NCBI GenBank assembly: GCA_018396535.1
Contig: JAGTQC010000004.1
Span: 11,418-75,417, forward strand
DNA: 64,000 nt
Origin: Candidatus Bathyarchaeota archaeon
GTDB taxonomy: Archaea; Thermoproteota; CALKCG01; B24; DRYS01
Direction of reading: 5' to 3'
The position numbers and the translations under genes were made by a program. The notes beneath the pieces were generated by a model that worked only from the letters and a program-made list of their open reading frames with translations, ran no database searches and was not told where the DNA came from. Positions 57,941 to 64,000 of this stretch are shown piece by piece (the first letter of the stretch is position 1; every line of letters starts with the position of its first letter).

Positions 57941-58333
57941 ATACACAGTTTGTTAAGCTAGATGCAGCTCATATCTAACTATAGATCTATAACAGTGTAT
58001 CCTTCCCATCATAGATTCTCTTCAACAACTCTACTCATCAGCTCTCGTAAACCTCTAATCCTTGATACCCCCACTATCAGGAATAGGTTGTAGAGGATAA
58101 CACCCCCAGTTTTCAGAAGCTTAGCATCCCTACCCTAGCAATCCTCGATCAATCCTACACACCTAGAAATCATACATAAGAATAGCTAAGATCGCTAACA
58201 TCATAGACCCCGACGATATATTCCAAACAAAATAAACACATCACATACTAGCTATGGGTAAACCCCATACCGGATATCATGGATAAATATAGGGGGGTAT
58301 AGAAATACTCAAACACCCCTAATGATAAGGCTA

Positions 58334-58408
58334 TGCTCCGGGCGGGATTTGAACCCGCGACCCCTGGCTCGAAAGGCCAGGATACTTACCAGGCTATACG
58401 ACCGGAGC
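58334..58408 (-). tRNA. tRNA-Glu (TTC)
   Basis: Reverse complement GCTCCGG..CTGGC-CTTTCGA-GCCAG..GCGGG-TTCAAAT-CCCGC-CCGGAGC-A. No intron and no CCA. A BRE/TATA-like GAAAAACTTTAAT lies upstream. Confidence 0.97.
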
Positions 58409-58481
58409 CCCCGAATGGTTCACTATTACCCTATGGCTAGATTAAAGTTTTTCTTTTCATAGCATCGTATAGATTTTAGCC

Positions 58482-59264
58482 TTGCCTATACAAGATAGGA
58501 TTTACGGTGTGATACTAGCTGCTGGTAGGGGTAGGAGGCTTGCACCATACACTGATGCTGTTCCTAAGGAGCTTCTACCTATAGGTAGTAAACCTGTTAT
58601 ACAATACTGTGTAGAAGCTTTGAGAGATGCTGGTGTTAAACGTGTATTCATAGTTCTTAGTCAGGGTAAGGATGCTATAATAGAATATTTTAAGAATGGA
58701 TCTAGATTCGATATCTATATAGCATACCTGTATCAAGATCTTGAAGCTGGGGTTGGTACAGCTAAGGCTATCGAAGCTGTTAGAGGCTGGGTTAACGGTG
58801 ATTTCATAGTAATGTATGGTGATACATTCTTCCATCCATCAAGCTTCATATCATCTATGCTCGACTTCCACTATACTAGGAAATCTAAAGCTACCATCGG
58901 GCTCTACCATATAGTAGGTGATCCTAGAAGATTCGGTGTAGTTAGGATTAACACCGATTATAGAATCCTAGAGATCGTGGAGAGGCCGTCACAGACTATG
59001 CTAGATAAGCTTATAATCGATGGTGGATACCTAGTTAATTCAGGTCCTCTAATCTTATCTCAAGATATATTCCGCTACATAGATAGGACTGGTATCTCCC
59101 CGGATGGGGAGTATTGGATAACAGAGAGTATAAGACTTATGATAGTAGATAATCTTCCAGTCTACGGTTATAGAATACCGAGCCAGGTATTCTGGAGGGA
59201 TGTGGGTACTCAGGAATCTAGACTCGAAGCTGAGAGGTATGCTTTAGAGAAGCTTAACCCTTAG
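58482..59264 (+). CDS. Sugar-phosphate nucleotidyltransferase (RmlA/GalU-like)
   Basis: ILAAGRGRRL.PYT...PKELLPIG, GTA.A, YGD, FGVV, GEYWITE and WRDVG. Confidence 0.9.
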   Translation: MPIQDRIYGVILAAGRGRRLAPYTDAVPKELLPIGSKPVIQYCVEALRDAGVKRVFIVLSQGKDAIIEYFKNGSRFDIYIAYLYQDLEAGVGTAKAIEAVRGWVNGDFIVMYGDTFFHPSSFISSMLDFHYTRKSKATIGLYHIVGDPRRFGVVRINTDYRILEIVERPSQTMLDKLIIDGGYLVNSGPLILSQDIFRYIDRTGISPDGEYWITESIRLMIVDNLPVYGYRIPSQVFWRDVGTQESRLEAERYALEKLNP

Positions 59265-59734
59265 AGTATCTTCTCCATAACTATGAATCTAGGTTTAAAC
59301 CCAGATCTACTATAGAGCTTTATAGCTCTCCTATTCCCAACCCATACGGTTATCCTAACTCTACTATAACCTCTAGATTTAAGTCGTGATAAGCATTCCT
59401 CTAGGAGTCTCCTACCTATACCCTTACCCCTATACTCTGGTACTACATAGAGATCTGTGATAACAGCGTATCTATCCTTCTCTCTAAGCTTGAATGGGAA
59501 GCTATAACTCCTAGATGCTATAAACCCAGCTAGTATACCGTTATACTCGGCTACGAGTATACTCTCCGGATCCTCGATGTACGCTCCAACCATATACTCA
59601 ACCCACATCCTTCTAGCATCATCATCTAGTATAAACTTCAGATCGCTAGCTTCGCTATCATCCATAAGCTTAACCCAAAGTTCTACTAGCTTCTCCACAT
59701 CCTCTATAGATCTAGCAGGTCTAACTACTAGCAA
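59261..59734 (-). CDS. GNAT family N-acetyltransferase
   Basis: LYVVPEYRGKGIGRRLL and N.RAIKLY...GF. Confidence 0.92.
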   Translation of the reverse strand: MLVVRPARSIEDVEKLVELWVKLMDDSEASDLKFILDDDARRMWVEYMVGAYIEDPESILVAEYNGILAGFIASRSYSFPFKLREKDRYAVITDLYVVPEYRGKGIGRRLLEECLSRLKSRGYSRVRITVWVGNRRAIKLYSRSGFKPRFIVMEKIL

Positions 59735-59740
59735 AGCAGG

Positions 59741-60298
59741 TTAGACTCCTATACCAAATACATCGTTTAAAGCTCTACTAAACTCTACTATATCAGACTG
59801 TGTGTAAGCTACAAATACTATTTCGCTAAATCTATAACCAGAATCTAACGCTTCCTTCACAACCTCAGCCATAACCCTAACTGCATCGTATACGGGTAGC
59901 CCACCTACACCTGTACCCATACCTGGGAATGCTATCCTACCAACTCTAAGTCTATATGCAGTCTCTAAAGCAGCGGATGTAGCTCTACGTACTGCTTCTA
60001 AGCTTGTTCTCTCAGCAGGCTTCTCCATCGTCGGGGCATGTATAACGTAACGTGCTCTAAGCCTACCAGCTGAGGTAGCTATAGCTCTACCTACAGGTAC
60101 TGGTGCATATCTTAGAGCCTCCCTCTCTATCTCCTCTCCCCCATACATCTTTATAACTCCAGCAACCCCCCCACCCATAATCATCAAGCTATTAGCAGGG
60201 TTAACTATAGCATCTACATCCTCATCTACTATACTACCCATCTTCAAAGTTATCTTAACACTCCTATACTCGAAGCTCAACGGTAACCCCCAACACAT
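59741..60298 (-). CDS. Macrodomain ADP-ribose-binding / hydrolase protein (AF1521-like)
   Basis: DAIVNPANS...GGGVAG, VIHAPTM and AFPGMGTGVGG. Confidence 0.93.
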   Translation of the reverse strand: MCWGLPLSFEYRSVKITLKMGSIVDEDVDAIVNPANSLMIMGGGVAGVIKMYGGEEIEREALRYAPVPVGRAIATSAGRLRARYVIHAPTMEKPAERTSLEAVRRATSAALETAYRLRVGRIAFPGMGTGVGGLPVYDAVRVMAEVVKEALDSGYRFSEIVFVAYTQSDIVEFSRALNDVFGIGV

Positions 60299-60324
60299 AT
60301 ATCCTAGTAGAGTAGGTTTAAACG

Positions 60325-61422
60325 TTATCCAAGCTCCTCCATCCTCTCTTTCAGATAGACATCTACTATATAGCTTAGCCCATATCTACTAAACGCTTCC
60401 TGCTCAGCTTTACGCTTATGCTGTAGGAATACCTCTATCTCCTTAGACCATATACCAGATCGATACCTTGGATCGTTCTTCAATTCATACAGTCTCTTGA
60501 TATCTATATCCGTTAGCGGATCGCTTGGAAGCTTATACCTACCTATATCCGATGCGTATACACCAGCCCATCTAGCATCTGGTGTTGTAAGATCTGTAAG
60601 GTGAGCAGCGTTAGCTGAACCCGATATTATAACCATAGCTATATGCATACCCCATGGATCCCCATCTACAAATATATATACCGGTAGTCCTAGCTCTCTA
60701 TTGAGTCTCCTTATAAGTTTACGTGTAGCTCTAGGAGGCTGACCAGCTGTATGTATGAGTATAGCTTTAAACTTCTCGTATGCTCTCTCCTCTACGAGCC
60801 TCGTGAACATAGCTCCCTTCTCTATAACTATAACCTTCTCAGCTCCGCATTCTACGAATTCAGCTGTAGATAGCGTAGGTCCTATAACGAACCCATCTGG
60901 ATGGCTTAGAAGGTTTATCCTTCTACCTTCATAACCTGGTACCGTGTACTCTATAGTTAGATCTCCGAATATGCTAGATCTCTCTTCTGGATATATATTG
61001 AAATCCTCCCTTGGGTATCCTATAACCGTCTCTAGATCTGTGACTATATCATCACTCTCATACTGATCTACGAAATCTACTTCGAAGGCTTGAGCCATGT
61101 AGAATATATCTCTGAGAGTACTAGTCTTACCTTGGCTACATAACTGATGAGCTATAGCTGCAACCCATACGAGCTGTGTTAGAGGTCTTAGATGCCTTAT
61201 ATTACGCGTAGTTCTCCTAACCTTATACTCTCCTAGAACGTATTGCCTAAGAATCGGATCATACCTTATATTCTTAGTAGATCTACTAGGCATAGTTATG
61301 TATGGGAATTCACCCTCCTCTATAGTATGGTAGATATCATAGCCTAGCTTCTCTAGGGATGCTAGAACATCCCTCCTCCTCTCTCTTATAGAGATCCTTC
61401 TATATCCTTCGATCCCCTCCAC
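60325..61422 (-). CDS. top6A: DNA topoisomerase VI subunit A
   Basis: TLRDIFY (catalytic Tyr), IEKGAMF, GQP.RATR, DGDPWG and KAEQEA. Confidence 0.97.
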   Translation of the reverse strand: MEGIEGYRRISIRERRRDVLASLEKLGYDIYHTIEEGEFPYITMPSRSTKNIRYDPILRQYVLGEYKVRRTTRNIRHLRPLTQLVWVAAIAHQLCSQGKTSTLRDIFYMAQAFEVDFVDQYESDDIVTDLETVIGYPREDFNIYPEERSSIFGDLTIEYTVPGYEGRRINLLSHPDGFVIGPTLSTAEFVECGAEKVIVIEKGAMFTRLVEERAYEKFKAILIHTAGQPPRATRKLIRRLNRELGLPVYIFVDGDPWGMHIAMVIISGSANAAHLTDLTTPDARWAGVYASDIGRYKLPSDPLTDIDIKRLYELKNDPRYRSGIWSKEIEVFLQHKRKAEQEAFSRYGLSYIVDVYLKERMEELG

Positions 61423-62927
61423 TTCTTAACCCTCCTAAGGAGTCTACTTACATCAGGTTCACTCATACCTGTTAGCATAGATGAGAAACGAGCTATCTTA
61501 CGCAAATATTTTTCATAGATCGAGAAATACTCCCTAGCCTTCTCAACCCTCCTCTTATGTGAAAGATACTCTGAGAGTCTACGCGCAGCTATCCTTATAG
61601 CACGTGTTATCTCAGCTTCTATTTCAGGTCTATCTGCGATAAACTCTTTACCAAGAGTCCTATAGGGGATACGGGTTGAGCATATATGAACTATAACAGC
61701 TATAGGATCCTTTGCAGGATCTATCTTATAATGCTTCCAATCTATAATCTGGTTTACAACCTTCCACGATACATCGCTAGATTCATCGTAGAGTAGGGGT
61801 ATCTTATTAGCGAACCTATAGAGGGTTATCCTACCCGTCTGAGGTATACCTCCACCATAGGCTAGAGCTACCTCTACTATAAATGGGTAGCCTGAATAGG
61901 TGGAAGGCTTCCTCTGAATAGCTGTTACGAATTCTGGGTTCAACTCCTTCTTAACCCCCTCAACTAACAGTTCTTCTCCTAGAGGTGATAGGCATGATGG
62001 ATCCGGTGGGAGGAATTCGTCGAAATTCTTTAAAGCATAGGCTAGATCTACTATCTCGCTAGGTGTTAGACTAGCTGGATCCCTAGCTGGATCTAGACTA
62101 TACTTCTTCAAGAATTTATCTGTCGTAGCTTCTCCAACTCTATGGAAATTCTCTATCAAGAACTCTCTAAGAGTCTTACAGTTGGTTGAATTTATCATCT
62201 TACGTAGAGTTTCTACATCGACGCCGTGCGGATGGGGTTTAACTTCCCTAGAGGATGCTGGAAGCCTCCTAGTGCTACGCATAAACGTGTATAGGATACC
62301 GTATGGATCTATGAATGTAAGTTCAGCATATGGGTTAGCCATAGCAGTCTCCTTGAAGTATTCGATTATCTTAATAGATGATCGCTGGTAATCCCCCTCT
62401 AGGAATATCTCGATTATAGTCCCCCTCCATCTAGGGCTACCGTTACGATGCACATTCCTCTCCACGATTATAGGATTATTCTTCTCTATATCGATTAGCA
62501 GTCTATACTCGTAGATATACCTATCGCCTATACTCGATATTATATGTACAGGTCTATTAGTCGTTATCTGGCCATACAATATAGCCATCTTCCCTCCAAG
62601 CCCGAATATACCCCTCATCTGCTTCAACGTATGCTTAGATCCATAGAGTATCTTACCGAAAGCGTATGGTATATACTCGCCAGGTATACCTGAACCGTTA
62701 TCTTCAACTCTTAGACGGTATACCTCGAATTCGAAACCCTCATCTCTAATCAAGCTTACATGTATATCTGGAGGTACTCCTATAGATTCAGCTGCATCTA
62801 GGGAGTTCTCTACAAACTCTCTTATCGATGTATATACCGCTCTAGCCGGGTTTGTAAAACCTACTATCTCTCGATGCCTATAGAAGAATTCTGATGGGGA
62901 TATTTCTCTAAACTCCTGTCTACTCAT
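61386..62927 (-). CDS. top6B: DNA topoisomerase VI subunit B
   Basis: E.VENSLDA, VEDNGSGI, RG.FGLG, KPHPHG and RFANKIPL. Confidence 0.97.
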   Translation of the reverse strand: MSRQEFREISPSEFFYRHREIVGFTNPARAVYTSIREFVENSLDAAESIGVPPDIHVSLIRDEGFEFEVYRLRVEDNGSGIPGEYIPYAFGKILYGSKHTLKQMRGIFGLGGKMAILYGQITTNRPVHIISSIGDRYIYEYRLLIDIEKNNPIIVERNVHRNGSPRWRGTIIEIFLEGDYQRSSIKIIEYFKETAMANPYAELTFIDPYGILYTFMRSTRRLPASSREVKPHPHGVDVETLRKMINSTNCKTLREFLIENFHRVGEATTDKFLKKYSLDPARDPASLTPSEIVDLAYALKNFDEFLPPDPSCLSPLGEELLVEGVKKELNPEFVTAIQRKPSTYSGYPFIVEVALAYGGGIPQTGRITLYRFANKIPLLYDESSDVSWKVVNQIIDWKHYKIDPAKDPIAVIVHICSTRIPYRTLGKEFIADRPEIEAEITRAIRIAARRLSEYLSHKRRVEKAREYFSIYEKYLRKIARFSSMLTGMSEPDVSRLLRRVKKWRGSKDIEGSL

Positions 62928-62989
62928 ACCAGGTTTTAACGTAGCTCTATTCGATGATAGACTATGATATAAGTGTGTTTATATGTATA

Positions 62990-63568
62990 CTAGCCTAATT
63001 CTGGGGTGCGCCAGAATTCGAACTCCATCCTTTTTATTCTACGTCTCTCTCTGAATAGATACTTGAATACGGTGCTATGCTGCCTCCCCTCCAATAGCAT
63101 CCTTATAGCTTGTCTAGCTACTTCAAACCCCTCCCCCGATCCTATTATCGCTATACTCTTGAGCTCATCGGATATGGATATGTAGCATCCTGTAAGCTCC
63201 TCTATAAGTGAACGTATCTTACCATCCCTACCTATTACACGTCCTAGAAGTCTCTCCACATGCGCTCCCTCTATACCTAGATCCTTCTCTAAATCTATAA
63301 CTTCAAACATCGCATCCTCTTTAGCTAAGTAGAAAGCCTTCTCAGGTGAGAATCCTAAACCTATAGCGTAGACTATATTCTTAGCTATCATCATATCGGA
63401 GACAGTCTTAGATTCTTCATCTAATACTATCTCGATTCCACCCGAGTTTCCATCGATATAGAGCTTTACACCAAACTCCTTCTCTATCCTCTGTTTAACC
63501 GATCCTCCTCTACCTATCAGTACTCCTACTCTACTAGATGGTATCCTAACGAATACCTTATGAATCAT
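62990..63568 (-). CDS. KH-domain rRNA-processing protein (aDim2/Pno1)
   Basis: Two KH GxxG loops (GVLIGRGG, GRVIGRDG), AIG.GFSPE and G.QH..V. Confidence 0.92.
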   Translation of the reverse strand: MIHKVFVRIPSSRVGVLIGRGGSVKQRIEKEFGVKLYIDGNSGGIEIVLDEESKTVSDMMIAKNIVYAIGLGFSPEKAFYLAKEDAMFEVIDLEKDLGIEGAHVERLLGRVIGRDGKIRSLIEELTGCYISISDELKSIAIIGSGEGFEVARQAIRMLLEGRQHSTVFKYLFRERRRIKRMEFEFWRTPELG

Positions 63569-64000
63569 AGTATCTCACCGCTAGCTATACGGCTAGCTAA
63601 CGCCTCCTCATCATAGAGATCTATGTTGAACTTAGAGAAGAACGAGTTTATATTGCTTATATCTCTAACGAGGAGAAGGTATGCATTCGGATGTTCTATA
63701 GATAGAGCTTGGGATAGATCAAATATCACAGGCTCACTCCTCCAAAACATAATATTATACTCACTTAAATCTCCATGGACTATCTCAGCTTTCACCCATA
63801 ATAAGCTTATATACCTTACTATCTTCCTATAGACTTCTCCAGGATCATCTAATACGATATCCTTGAGTATAGGTGCAGGTACGCCATTATCGCCTATAAA
63901 CTCCATAACCAATATATTATCCCTAACGACTATAGGTTTGGGTACGCGTATCCCAGCTTCATAAGCTTGCTCCAAATTCTTAAATTCTTTAGAAGCCCAA
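63565..64000 (-). CDS. rio1: RIO1 family kinase, 5' part outside window
   Basis: W..KEF.NL, G.RVP.P, LVMEFIG, IVHGDLSEYNI and IFDLSQA. Confidence 0.93.
   Translation of the reverse strand, partial: WASKEFKNLEQAYEAGIRVPKPIVVRDNILVMEFIGDNGVPAPILKDIVLDDPGEVYRKIVRYISLLWVKAEIVHGDLSEYNIMFWRSEPVIFDLSQALSIEHPNAYLLLVRDISNINSFFSKFNIDLYDEEALASRIASGEIL

Noticed and set aside
59261-59734. GNAT as the AblB beta-lysine acetyltransferase partner of KamA
   Set aside because: It is a short single-domain GNAT about 6.4 kb away in the topoisomerase VI string, whereas AblB is longer and normally adjacent to ablA. It cannot be fully excluded.
365-63832. Numerous 60-160 aa ORFs antisense to or overlapping confident genes (e.g. 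27193-27672, 33732-34142, 39060-39545, 55597-56055)
   Set aside because: They are shadow frames rich in Ser/Ile/Leu, caused by the codon bias of the opposite-strand genes.
1-64000. CRISPR arrays, IS elements, integrases, inteins, tRNA introns
   Set aside because: I found no regularly spaced repeats and no transposase or recombinase motifs. rgy and top6 are of normal length, and both tRNAs are uninterrupted.

Overview
A gene-dense 64 kb stretch of an archaeal chromosome, from a thermophile or hyperthermophile (reverse gyrase, TFE, topoisomerase VI, archaeal PEP carboxylase, geranylgeranyl reductase, L15e, S13/S4/S11, Rio1/Dim2). A TACK-type lineage such as Bathyarchaeia is plausible, but that is inference only. 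I find about 60 CDS, two intron-less tRNAs (Asn-GTT, Glu-TTC), one probable kink-turn/C-D box small RNA and a multiply frameshifted sulfate/molybdate transporter pseudogene. I see no CRISPR array, intact transposase or integrase. The most interesting locus (49059-52870) has four genes: a KamA-type lysine 2,3-aminomutase, two divergent D-Ala-D-Ala-ligase-like ATP-grasp enzymes that lack the D-Ala-binding motifs, and a YkgJ/CxxCxxCC cysteine-cluster protein. It is a candidate pathway for a beta-lysine-containing peptide or solute in an organism that needs neither peptidoglycan nor EF-P lysylation. Other notable points: a methanogen-type SerRS near cofE; an alpha-glucan cluster with a nucleotidyltransferase fused to an apparently dead phosphomutase; an aconitase X pair with non-mevalonate-type residues; a thioredoxin reductase without the NADPH HRR motif; a DUF1854 plus ABC exporter pair; rps11 inverted out of the S13-S4-S11-RpoD operon; and strong apparent enrichment of CTAG and other short palindromes. 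All calls come from reading motifs by eye. No database searches were run.
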